Below are positions 53,801 through 63,200 of a DNA stretch of 64,000 nt, in pieces. A program made the position numbers and the translations under genes. The notes under the pieces were generated by a model. The model ran no database searches and was not told the origin of the DNA. It worked only from the letters and a program-made list of their open reading frames with translations. The DNA is taken from NCBI GenBank assembly GCA_963789735.1, contig CAWBLV010000006.1, forward strand, positions 967,615 through 1,031,614. The letters are read 5' to 3'. The stretch's first letter is position 1; each line of letters starts with the position of its first letter. The DNA is from Candidatus Dormiibacterota bacterium (GTDB lineage Bacteria > Chloroflexota > Dormibacteria > Aeolococcales > Aeolococcaceae).

Positions 53801-55490
53801 TGCAGCTCAGCGCCGGCAACGTCGCTGTGCAGAGTGTCGTGCCGCCGATGCTGAAGGTGACCGAACCGGTCGCGCTCGAGGGAAGTGCTGCGGTGTACGT
53901 CACGGTCTGCGTGTACGCCTGCGGCGACGGCAACGCGGTGGCCGTGAATGCGCTCACATTGACCGTATCACTTGCCACTGCGGGCAGTCCATCGTCGGAC
54001 GAGATGCGCGCTGAGTTAGTCACGGGGCCAGAGAGGCTCGATGAGATCGTGACCGGAATCGTGATATTGGGCAAGGCAGTTCCGGCTGCGATCGCGGACC
54101 CGGGCGTGTACGTGCACGTGACGGTCTGACCCGCCGTGCCGCAACTCCAGTCCGCGCTGCTTGTCGCAGTTCCCGGCGTCATGCCGGTTGGCACGGTGTC
54201 GGTGACAGTCAGCATGTCACCCTCGGGACCGCCGCTCGATGCGACACTCGGCGCCAGGACGAAGTTGGCGTGGTTGCCGGCGAGCATCGTTCCGCTCTCG
54301 TTGTCAGACTTGGTGAGCGCCAGGTCCGGCACGCTGCCGGTCAGCGTCGTTGCGACGAGCTGATTGATCTCGTGGTACTCGTTCGATCCACCGGTGGACG
54401 CTGTCCATCCGAACGTGAGCTGGTAGGGGATTCCGGTCGCGGGGTTGATCCACGACGCCGGAAAGGTTGCGAGGGCCGCATTGTTGCTCGTCGTGGGCAG
54501 CGCACCGGTCAGCGTCGCCTGCGTCGTGGTGCCGAGCGGCGTGTACGCGATGATCCATGACATCGCGGGCACCGTCAGCCCGCTGTTCGTGGTGGTCGCG
54601 CTGGCCGACGGGTTGATGGCCATCTCCACCGGGACCAGGTCGCCGGTCCGCGTGGTGTTGCCCTGCTTGTCGAGGGTGTTGCCTGCCCCGACGTTGGTGA
54701 CTGTCCCGTTTGCGCTGCCGCCGCCATCGGACTGGTTGTACGTGGTAGCGGTCGTCCCGAGGATGCAATACCCCACGGTACCGTCACCCGGCCCGCGGGC
54801 CGTCACCGACTCGGGATATGCCTTGTTGTTGACCAGCGGGGATGGATCCGTGCATCCAGACCCGCCGGCAAGCGGCGTGTTCTCGAAGTTGCCGTAGACG
54901 TCGAGCGCGATGCCGAGGTAGCCGTACGGCATGCCCGCCGTCCCCGGAGAGCCCTGCGTGTTCGCCGCGTACCCGAGGTCACCACCGAGCGGGCCCGTGG
55001 TGGCCGGAGGCGTGGGGTCCGCGGGATTGGCTGCGGCGAGGGCGAAGACGATGCCGTCCGCACCGGTGCCGTCGAACTGGTAGGTGTCGAGGCTGACGTC
55101 CAGGCCCTGGGTGGTGGGCAGGCTCGCTTGATAGAAGACAGCGCCCACCGCATCGCCAGCGTTGGTGGTCAAACGGAGCGCGCCACTCCCGGACGTGTCC
55201 GGCGTCCCGGCGCAGTTCGGGATCGACGTCGTCGCCGACACCGGGCCGGCCGTGAGGCAGGCGCCGTTGGTCCCGCCGTTCCCGGCCGGGAGGTACCACT
55301 GCCCTGCGGCCGTCGAATTGTTCGCGAACGTCTCGCTCTCCAGCGGGGAGCCCGCGGCGAGAGCGGTGGTCGGCATCAGCACGGCCACTGTTGCGAAGAC
55401 CGTCACAAGGCACATCGGCACTTTCAGCCGCTGGGCCCACGCGTGGCGGGAGGTTCGGGTCGGGTGAGAGTTGCTCACAAAGGATCTCAA
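50823..55490 (-). CDS. Giant cell-surface protein: L-type-lectin-like domain, DUF11-like domain, 11 Ig-like (Big_3-type) repeats, VPVTG-TM-basic anchor
   Basis: Signal peptide; LRLT..GAVFY..GADGIVF..FGWTASTGGS..HEI; DLALTKS..VTDT.P.G; ~91-aa repeats; VPVTG + TM + RRRHSRR. Start uncertain. Confidence 0.88.
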   Translation of the reverse strand: MRSFVSNSHPTRTSRHAWAQRLKVPMCLVTVFATVAVLMPTTALAAGSPLESETFANNSTAAGQWYLPAGNGGTNGACLTAGPVSATTSIPNCAGTPDTSGSGALRLTTNAGDAVGAVFYQASLPTTQGLDVSLDTYQFDGTGADGIVFALAAANPADPTPPATTGPLGGDLGYAANTQGSPGTAGMPYGYLGIALDVYGNFENTPLAGGSGCTDPSPLVNNKAYPESVTARGPGDGTVGYCILGTTATTYNQSDGGGSANGTVTNVGAGNTLDKQGNTTRTGDLVPVEMAINPSASATTTNSGLTVPAMSWIIAYTPLGTTTQATLTGALPTTSNNAALATFPASWINPATGIPYQLTFGWTASTGGSNEYHEINQLVATTLTGSVPDLALTKSDNESGTMLAGNHANFVLAPSVASSGGPEGDMLTVTDTVPTGMTPGTATSSADWSCGTAGQTVTCTYTPGSAIAAGTALPNITIPVTISSSLSGPVTNSARISSDDGLPAVASDTVNVSAFTATALPSPQAYTQTVTYTAALPSSATGSVTFSIGGTTLCTATLPALSCTATNAPVGTDTVTATYSGNSNFASQVTTTTLTITKATPTFTEAAAPSSIVYGSQDTLSDSGLPAGATGTVTFSSGGTTLCVVTIPTASCLTAATLGAGTYPVTATYSGDGNYNSATATGASFTVTKAPTSMNEAAAPASIPYGTADTVSVSGLPAGATGTVTFTSGASTLCVATLPATSCATPTTLTPATYPVTATYSGNANYSGTTATGAAFTVTLSSTTMTESAAPASVPFGTSDTLSVSGLPGGATGTVTFKSGGSTLCVATLPATSCSTSTSLVPATYPVTATYSGDTNYVGTTAGGASFSVVKANTSMSEAASPPSIGYGSQDTLSVTGLPAGATGVVTFKSGGSTLCTTTLPATACQTATTLAPGTYPVTATYPGDSNYNGTTATGASFTVTRANPSFNESAAPSSVAYGTADTLSDNGLPGDATGTVTFTSGGSTLCVATLPATSCDTSSTLAPGTYPVTAAYSGDGNYNPATATGASFTVTKAATSMTDAAAPASIPYGTQDTVSVAGLPGDATGTVTFSSGGSPLCTATLPAISCQTSATLTPGTYPVTAVYSGDANYLGTTATGASFVVTKMDPAFTESAAPSSVPYGTADTVSAAGLPGDATGSVTFTSDGTTLCVAALPTVSCQTSATLDPAVYPVTATYSGDGNYDPSVATGASFTVVQANTSMVESASPATIAFGAQDTLSVSGLPGDATGTVTFTSGGATLCVATLPATSCLTSTTLVPGSYPVTATYSGDANYNGSAVSGATFTVTKDTVDLTETASPVSIVFGSTDTVAAFGIPAGATGTVTFTSGTTPLCVATLAATTCTTADTLTPATYPVTATYSGDVNDTSAVATGATFTVLKADTHMTVIVSPASVTDGSPVTVWVTGLPPGASGTVTFTSGGKVLCTATLPATSCTTSANFPPGTYPVTATYSGNVDYNGSNAAGSGKDGVLDVVSAVSVPVTGGNPMGPKSVLGAVMIVFGAGMTFVARGRRRHSRRV

Positions 55491-55691
55491 AAGGATCGAC
55501 GAAGACGCCGCGACAGTACGGCGAAACCGGCCGCCGTGAAGGCTTTGTCATCGCCGCTGTCGCGCTTTGTGACTTCGCGGGGAGCCGGGCTTGACGGCGC
55601 TGCGAGAGGCATGCGATCTCGCCTGCCCCCGGTTGCATCGTCGTAACGGCCGTCGGATCGAGCCCCCTCCGATGAGATCGGGGCGCCCGGT

Positions 55692-56807
55692 CTAGCTGGC
55701 TTTGAGACCTGTCACGTTGTAGGCCTGAACGGGTTCGTGGAAGCCCTTCAACACGAGCGGCCCGACCGGCTCGGCCACGACAACATCGATCACCTGCGCG
55801 TAGGCGCGCGGCGCCAGCAGGATCTGACCGCCAAGCGCCTGGGCGCAGAGCCGGGCAGCCAGATTGACCACGGTCCCGGTGGCTCGATAGTCGAAGCGGC
55901 CCTCGAATCCGACCCGGCCGAGTGTGGCGTAGCCATCGGCGATGCCGATGCCGATGTCGAGGTCGTACCCCTTGAGGCGCCAGCTCTCTTTGAGCGGTTT
56001 GACCTGTTCGCGGACCGCGACGGCCATGCGGACCGCCGCGGCGGTGTGGTCGGGGCACGGCATCGGGTCGTTGAAGATCGCCATGACCGAGTCGCCGGCG
56101 AACTGCTCGAGGGTGGCCTCGAACCGAAGGATCTCGCTGCCTACGGCGGTGTAGAAGCGCCCGAGCTCACCAAGGACATCCTCGGGCTCCGCGATCGCCG
56201 CAAACGCCGTGAAGCCACGGAGATCGCAGAACCAGATGCTGACCTCGCGGCGATGCGCCTCGAGGAGTTGCTCTCCGCCCGAGAGGATCACCTCGGCGAC
56301 CTGTGGCGAGAAGAACCGCCGGAGGCGGTCGAGGCCCTCGATCTGCGCCAGCTGGCTCTGCACGCGCTCCTCGAGTTGGAGATTCCAGTCCGCGAGCTCT
56401 GCCGCCTGTGCCTGGATCGTGTCGTGATACGCCTTGATCCGAAGGAGTGAGCGCACCCGGCTGAAGAGCTCGGGGGGATGGAACGGCCGCGAGATGAAGT
56501 CATCCGCGCCCGCGTCGATGGCGCCAACCTTGTCTTGATCTCCGCTCGAAGTCACCATCACCACCGGCAGCATTCGGGTCAGCGGATCGGCGCGCAGCTG
56601 CCGACACACGTCGTAGCCCGACATGTCCGGCATGACGATGTCGAGCAGGATGAGATCCGGATGCTCGCTGCGAACTGTTTCGAGCGCCTCTTTGCCGGAG
56701 CTTGCGGTGATCACGGTGTAGCCCTGCGGCGCGAGCATCGCCTCGAGCAGCCGCACGTTTGCGGCTGTGTCGTCGACAACGAGGACTCGCGCTGGACGGT
56801 CCATCAA
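55692..56807 (-). CDS. Response regulator receiver - class III adenylate/guanylate cyclase
   Basis: VLVVDD, LLDIVMP, GADDF; FCDLRGFT, FAGDSVMAIFNDP, G.VVNLAARLC, LKGF. Confidence 0.93.
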   Translation of the reverse strand: MMDRPARVLVVDDTAANVRLLEAMLAPQGYTVITASSGKEALETVRSEHPDLILLDIVMPDMSGYDVCRQLRADPLTRMLPVVMVTSSGDQDKVGAIDAGADDFISRPFHPPELFSRVRSLLRIKAYHDTIQAQAAELADWNLQLEERVQSQLAQIEGLDRLRRFFSPQVAEVILSGGEQLLEAHRREVSIWFCDLRGFTAFAAIAEPEDVLGELGRFYTAVGSEILRFEATLEQFAGDSVMAIFNDPMPCPDHTAAAVRMAVAVREQVKPLKESWRLKGYDLDIGIGIADGYATLGRVGFEGRFDYRATGTVVNLAARLCAQALGGQILLAPRAYAQVIDVVVAEPVGPLVLKGFHEPVQAYNVTGLKAS

Positions 56808-57202
56808 TCGACCCGCGACGGCCGTTCGCAGTACGAGAGGACCAGGGTCGGAAATGTTCTGATGTCGATGGGCTTGAGGACCACCGCGGCAAAGCCCGCG
56901 CGTGCGAATCGGTCCCGATCGACGGGCATTACCGACGCAGTTACGGCAACGACGGTGATCCCTGCAGTGAGCGGGTCGGCGCGAAGTCGCTCGAGCGTAG
57001 TGACGCCATCAATCCCCGGCAGCTCGATGTCCATCAGGATGACGTCGGGAAGCGCGGTACGCGCAAGCTCGATCCCGGTCTCCCCGTCCACCGCCTCGAT
57101 GGTGCGAAATCCGTGGTACTGCAGGAGATCACGCGCGAGCTTCAGGTTCTTCTCGTTGTCCTCGACGATGAGCACGAGCTGGCCATCTGCAAGCGTTGGC
57201 AT
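56804..57202 (-). CDS. Single-domain response regulator (DivK-like)
   Basis: LIVEDNEKNLKL, ILMDIELPGIDG, VTASVM, KPI. Confidence 0.92.
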   Translation of the reverse strand: MPTLADGQLVLIVEDNEKNLKLARDLLQYHGFRTIEAVDGETGIELARTALPDVILMDIELPGIDGVTTLERLRADPLTAGITVVAVTASVMPVDRDRFARAGFAAVVLKPIDIRTFPTLVLSYCERPSRVD

Positions 57203-58860
57203 CAGCGCGCCGCATTGGCGAGCGGCGTGCCCGCGTTGGAAACGATTTCCGTCATCGAAACAATGGGTCTCGGCGTCTTCGGGAGCGTGAACGAAAACGT
57301 GCTCCCGTTTCCCGGAGCGCTGTCGACGGTGAGCTCTCCGCCGTGCAGCTCGACAAATCGGCGCGACAGGGCAAGTCCGAGGCCGGTTCCCTCCTGAGCT
57401 TTCGACTTGCCCGCCTGCTCGAACTCGAGAAAGATTCGCGCCTGGTCCTCTGGCGCAATCCCGACGCCATCGTCCTGCACGCTGATCGCGACGTCGTCGC
57501 CAAGGTCGCGCGCGACGACTTGGACGTGCCCATCGCGGTCCGTGAAGTTCAGCGCATTCGAGAGGAGGTTGAAGAGTATCTGCTTGAGCAGGCGCTCATC
57601 GGCATCGATCGTGTCGATGCTCGTGTCCACCTCGAGGCTCAAGACGATCCCCTGGCGTGTCGCGCGCTCGCGCATGAGCGCCACCGAGTTTCGCAGCACT
57701 TCAGGGAGGTTGAAGCTGCTCATCTGCAGATCCATTCGACCTGCCTCTATCTTCGACATGTCGAGGATGTCGTTGATCAGTGTCAGGAGATGCCGGCCGG
57801 ATGTGTGAATGTCGTTGACGTAATCCATCTGCTTTTCATTGAGCTCGCCGAACATCTGGTCGCGAAGCACGTCCGAGAATCCGATCACCGCATTGAGCGG
57901 CGTGCGCAGCTCGTGGGACATGTTGGCGAGAAACGCCGACTTGTGCGTGCTCGCCTCCTCGAGCTCGCGATACAGACGCCCGAGCTCGTCGTTCATGCGA
58001 TTGAGATTTGCGGCGAGTGCGCCGAGCTCGTCCCGATTGGGCACGTCGACGTGGCCTGAGAAGTCACCGGAAGCAATGGCGGCCAGCCTGGTATCCATAC
58101 GCCGGATCGGACCGGTCAGCGCCCTCGAGAGAATCAGCGCAAGCAGGAGTGCGAGCAACGCGCTCCCCACGGCGACGCCGATGAAGAGATGTTGGGACGC
58201 GAGATACGACGCGTCGTTCTGCGCGACCAGGCTTGCTCCGGCCGCTGACGTGAGACTGACCAGTTGCAACGCCTGGGCGAGGAGCTGAGTGTTTGCATCG
58301 ATTTCGGGGATGTTGTCAACGTACGGCCCATCATTCTCGTCGTCGATCTTGAGGGTGGCCATGCCCGTCGATATCGTCACGTACTCCATGTGGACCTTGG
58401 TGAGGAGGGCTCGCTCATTGGCTGGCGGCTCGAAGCCCAGATCGGCGACGTTGTTCACGTCGGTGACAGGCTCCATCGTCTCGATCGTTGCCTCGATCCC
58501 TCCATCGTCAAGGAAGAGGACCTCGGTGTTCCCGGTTTTGCTGTTGACCTCGGTGTTCTCCTCACAGAACAGGAGTTCCGTTCTTTGGAAACAGTCCGAG
58601 ATGACGTCGCTGCGATCTGAGAGCCACCCGCCGAGCTGATTGCTATCGCTCTCGAGTTGCTCGTAGGCCGCGGTGCGTTGTGGCAGCTGATTGAGCGCCA
58701 CGACACGGCTGTTCGATTGACTGAGGACGCTGACGCCCAAGGCGCCCACAGCCACAAGCAGGGCGACGACGAGCGCGAAGGAAATCAGAAGCTTTCGCTC
58801 GACCGAGATCGAGACCCGCGCGACGCCTCGCACCAGCAGGTTGTCAGTCAGCGTTGGCAT
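57202..58860 (-). CDS. HAMP-domain sensor histidine kinase
   Basis: Two TMs around an extracytoplasmic domain; HAMP (NRDELG.LA..LN.M); FLANMSHELRTPLN; NLLSNA, DDGVGI, GTGLGL. Confidence 0.93.
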   Translation of the reverse strand: MPTLTDNLLVRGVARVSISVERKLLISFALVVALLVAVGALGVSVLSQSNSRVVALNQLPQRTAAYEQLESDSNQLGGWLSDRSDVISDCFQRTELLFCEENTEVNSKTGNTEVLFLDDGGIEATIETMEPVTDVNNVADLGFEPPANERALLTKVHMEYVTISTGMATLKIDDENDGPYVDNIPEIDANTQLLAQALQLVSLTSAAGASLVAQNDASYLASQHLFIGVAVGSALLALLLALILSRALTGPIRRMDTRLAAIASGDFSGHVDVPNRDELGALAANLNRMNDELGRLYRELEEASTHKSAFLANMSHELRTPLNAVIGFSDVLRDQMFGELNEKQMDYVNDIHTSGRHLLTLINDILDMSKIEAGRMDLQMSSFNLPEVLRNSVALMRERATRQGIVLSLEVDTSIDTIDADERLLKQILFNLLSNALNFTDRDGHVQVVARDLGDDVAISVQDDGVGIAPEDQARIFLEFEQAGKSKAQEGTGLGLALSRRFVELHGGELTVDSAPGNGSTFSFTLPKTPRPIVSMTEIVSNAGTPLANAAR

Positions 58861-59027
58861 TACGCAGGACCCAGTCGCGCTGCCTCTGCGGCCGTCAACG
58901 CATGTAGAACCGGGGGTGATCCAGGCTGGCTGGTCATAACTCCATCCTCCGGTTCTCCTGCGCTGGAGTCAGTCTAGTAGCTGACACCTCCGGAGATCAG
59001 CGCGCGCATTCAGGATCGGGCCGGAGC

Positions 59028-60134
59028 CTACGAGGATCTCGACGTCAGGGCGTTGCCCGCGCTGTCCACCATCACGCAGTCCGTGGCCGACACACACGAG
59101 ACCGCCGTCGGCAGCGCGTCCTCCGTCAAGGGCTCGATCTGCTGCGGATGCGACCACGTGGAGCCGTCATACGTGACGTCATGACCGCCGGCCTCCAGGA
59201 CCATGCAGAAGGTCGCCGACGTCGCGCAGCTCACCGCGATGTATTCGTCAGGGCTGTCCTCAGCGGGGACCGGGCTCGACCAGTTCGTTCCGTCGTACGT
59301 GACGAGGTACTCGCTCGTGTCGTTGATGCTGCCGGCCCCGACGCAGAGCGTGGTCGATCCGCACGAGACGTAAGGGACGACCGGCTGCTGCGTGCCCCCG
59401 GAGGTGTTGAGCGTCTGCGGCTGGCCCCAGGCGGTCCCGTTGTACGTGATCGAGTTGTCGGCGCCGTCCAGTGCCACGCAGAAAGTCGGGCTGCCGCACG
59501 ACACGCTGGTCAGTTCGGACGAGAGCTCCGAGCTGTTGGGGTCGATCGGTGCCGGAGTCGACCACGTGGTGCCGTTGAACGAGATCGCGTTGGCAGCGCC
59601 GTCGACGGCCATGCAGAAGGTGGGGCTGGGGCAGGACACCGAGAAGAACCCGGCGCCCGTGTTGGGATCGATTGACTGCGGCTGCGACCACGAGCTGCCG
59701 TTGTAGATCATGACGTTGGCCTTCGAATCGCCAACGACGCAGAAGGACGAGCTCGCGCACGACACGCTCTGCAGGTTGTCCTCCGAGTCGTTGCCCGTCG
59801 GAATCGTCGAGTCGATGTTCGTCGCGGACGACCAGGTCCCGGTGTACACGAAGGCATTGCCCGCCGCGTCGGTTGCGACGCAGAACGATGACGACGCGCA
59901 TGAGATCGCGTTGAGGCCTTGCGTGCCAGTGCTGTCGACCTTCACCGGAGCGGACCATGCGCTGTTCCCGGCGGGGGCAGACGTGGCGGAGCCGTGGCCA
60001 CTCGGAGAGAAGAGCGATCCAAGTCCCGACGGGAGTGTTGGGGCACTCGAGCCGCACGCGACTGCGAGCAATCCGGCAGCACCGGCTGCGATGAGCGTGA
60101 GCCTGGACCGGTTGGAAGAGATCCCTGACTTCAT
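59028..60134 (-). CDS. Lipoprotein with Cys-pair repeats (probable beta-propeller)
   Basis: Lipobox LAVAC; seven repeats of (V/I)SC.S..(F/L)C...D..G.....Y.G..WS.P. Confidence 0.8.
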   Translation of the reverse strand: MKSGISSNRSRLTLIAAGAAGLLAVACGSSAPTLPSGLGSLFSPSGHGSATSAPAGNSAWSAPVKVDSTGTQGLNAISCASSSFCVATDAAGNAFVYTGTWSSATNIDSTIPTGNDSEDNLQSVSCASSSFCVVGDSKANVMIYNGSSWSQPQSIDPNTGAGFFSVSCPSPTFCMAVDGAANAISFNGTTWSTPAPIDPNSSELSSELTSVSCGSPTFCVALDGADNSITYNGTAWGQPQTLNTSGGTQQPVVPYVSCGSTTLCVGAGSINDTSEYLVTYDGTNWSSPVPAEDSPDEYIAVSCATSATFCMVLEAGGHDVTYDGSTWSHPQQIEPLTEDALPTAVSCVSATDCVMVDSAGNALTSRSS

Positions 60135-60291
60135 GAGCTACCACCACAGCTGCGCCACAAAGGCGTCGGACAATGGCGGTGAATATACCGCGATCCTGCC
60201 GAACGCCTGCTTCGCCAGCGTTGTCAGACCGTGACGATGCGTCGGACATCGACCGACGGAACCGCGATCGGAAGCGTTGTCCCCGACCCCG

Positions 60292-63200
60292 CTACAACCG
60301 GCGCCGGCGTCGGGTCCAGGCAATCAGCACGGTGCCGTTGAGGATGAGCATCATCGCTGCGAGGACACTCCAGTTGCTCATTCCACCGCCCGTTACCGGG
60401 ACGGTCACAGCCAGGACCACATCCTGCGTGTCTGCCGATGCACCGGCGGTGCTGGCACTCGCGCTGTAGCTGGCATCGCCGTTGTAGATCGCGGTGATCA
60501 CATGCGTGCCCGCGGTGAGGTCGCTCATCGCGAACACCGCTCGGCTGTCGACACTGCTGTCGAGCGCCATGGTTGTCACGGCGGTGCCATCGACAATGAT
60601 GGTCACCGTGCCTGCCGGGTTGCCGGAGCCGGGCAAGGCTGCCGTGACCGTCACCGTGATCGTGACCACGTCACCGACCGTGGATGGGTTGGGGCTCGAT
60701 GTCACTGTCGTCACGGTCGAGTCGAGGTCGGACTGTTCGGTAAGCGCTGTCGAGACGCTCGTCTGGTCGCCGTCGTCACCGCTGTATGTGGCGATGACGC
60801 TGTGCGCTCCGGGAACGAGGTACGTCACCGTGCACGTCGCGATACCTGCGGTGACAGTCACGGCTTCGCAGCCGGGGATGAGCGTGCCGTTATCCGTGAA
60901 GGCGACAGTGCCACTAGGTGATCCACTCGCCGGCTCCGTGCGTGCGATGGTTGCGGTGTACGTGATCGTCTGCCCGGTCACAGTCGGATTTGCGGATGAG
61001 GTGGTGGTGACGCTCGTTGCCGCTGCACTGACGACCTGCGAAACCGAATTCGAGTCGCTCGACCCAAAGTCGGCGTCACCGCTGTAGCTTGCGGTGAGTG
61101 TGTGCGTGGCTGCATCCTCGAACGGGGTGACGCATGTCGCCGTTCCCGCAGCCACGGGCTGGTTCGTGCATGCGGTGATGGGGCTGCCACCATCGCTGAA
61201 GCTCACCGTGCCTGTCGGCGATCCCGTGCTTGGTGCGTTGACCGACACGCCGGCGATGAGCGTCACGGTCTGCCCAACCACTGATGGATTCGTGGGCGAC
61301 GACAGCACCGTCGTGGTTGTCCCATTCGCGACGACGAGCACAAAGTTCTGGGTTCCGTTGGGACCGATGCCGTTGGACACGGTCACCACAAACGGGTACG
61401 AGCCGAGCGTTCCCAGGGCGGGCGTACCGGCAATCGTTGCGGTGCCGTTTCCGTTGTCAGTGAAGGACACTCCAGAGGGGAGGTTCGCGCCGCCATCCGA
61501 GAAGCTCGCTCCCGCGCCGGACGGAAAACCGGCCATCGTGACAGTGAATGTTCCCGGTGCACCAATACCGAAAGTCGCGCCGTCGGCGCTCGTCACTGAT
61601 GGTGCTTCATCGACGGTGAGGGTGAACGTCTGTGCCGCGTCCGGAGCAACGCCGTTGGACGCGGTGATGGTGAAGCTGTACACGCCACCCGATCCAGCGT
61701 CCGGCGATCCTGCGAGCGTCGCGGTGTCATCGCCGTTGTCAGTGAAGGTCACCCCGGCCGGCAATGTCGCGCCGCCGTCGGAAAGCGTCAGTGTTCCCAC
61801 GCCTGGATAGCCGGTGGCGTCGATCTCGAAGCTCCCGAGCGTTCCTGCCTTGAGCGCGGTCGCATCGGTCGTGATGATCGCCGGCGGCTGACCGACGGTG
61901 AGTGTGAAGGTCTGCACCGCCGCAGGTGAGATCCCATTGGACGCCGTGATCGTGATGGGATAGATCCCGCTGGTGAGCGCGCCGGGTGTCCCGGAGAGCG
62001 TTGCGGTCCCATCACCGTTGTCCCCGAAGGTCACGCCGCTCGGCAGCAGTGCGCCGCCGTCGTCGATGGTCATCGCTCCTGCGGCTGGATAGCCTGTCGT
62101 CGTGACGGTGAATGTGCCGGGGTCGCTGGTGGTGAACGATGTCGCGTCCGCGCTGGTGATCACCGGCGCCTCGTAGACCGTGAAGGCAACGCACGTTGCG
62201 GTGCTCGCCTCGTAGTTGGCGTCGCCCGAGTAGCTCGCCTTGAATCCGTGCGGTCCCGCGCCGAGAGCGCCCGTGTTTGCGGAGTTGGGAACTAGGCCGC
62301 CGCCCAAGGTCACGGTCTGCATCGACGAGGGAGTGTTGGTGCAGGTGTCATTGGTGAAGTACTCGTAGGTGACAGTGCCGGCCGGGGTGAATCCACTCAC
62401 CGCCGAGACTGTTGCGGTGTCATACGCCGTGGCTCCGACTGTCTCGGTTCCCGCCCAGGCGCTGTTGGTGCCGGCGTCGTCGACAACGGTGCCGAGGCTG
62501 CTTGCGCTCTGCGCCACAGCGAAGCTCTGGCAGGAGCCGACCGCGAACGAATAGTTGACGTCGCCGGAATACAGGCCCCTGTAGCTGTACGTACCCTCAG
62601 CCAGCGCCGGTGACGGTGTGGAGTTGGGCACCAGTCCGGCGATGAGCGTCTTGATGCTCATCGCGATTTGGACGCCGGAGCACGTCGCGCCGGCGGACAG
62701 GATGTACGTGAATGTTCCAGTGGGTGTGAATCCACCGACTCGCGTCACGGTCGCCGTATCGTCCGCTGTCGCGCCGATGGTTTCCGAACCGTTCCAGGCA
62801 ACGTGCGTCGATGCGTCGTCGACCACTGTGCCGATACCAGTCGTCGTCGGGATCACGGAGAACGGCTCGCACGCGGAGCTCTCCGCCAGGTAGTTGCCGT
62901 CACCGGAATATGCGGCCTGGAAACTGTATGCACCCGCGCCCAGCGCGCCGGTCGCGGTGGAGTGCGGCGCGACACCGGCACTGATCGTCACGCTGTCGGT
63001 GGTTGACGCCGTCGCCGCGCACGTTCCGTTGGTGAAGAAGCTGTACAGCACGGTTCCGGTCGGCGTGAATCCACCCATACCGGTCACGCTCGAGGTGTCG
63101 TACGCGGACGCATTCGTTGCCTCGTCCCCATTCCACGCAGCATTCAGCGCGGCGTCATCGACGACCGATCCCGGCGATGCGGATGTTTTGACGACCGTGA

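Noticed and set aside
51049-54897. Series of similar plus-strand ORFs spaced 273 bp apart
   Set aside because: Antisense reflections of the Ig repeats.
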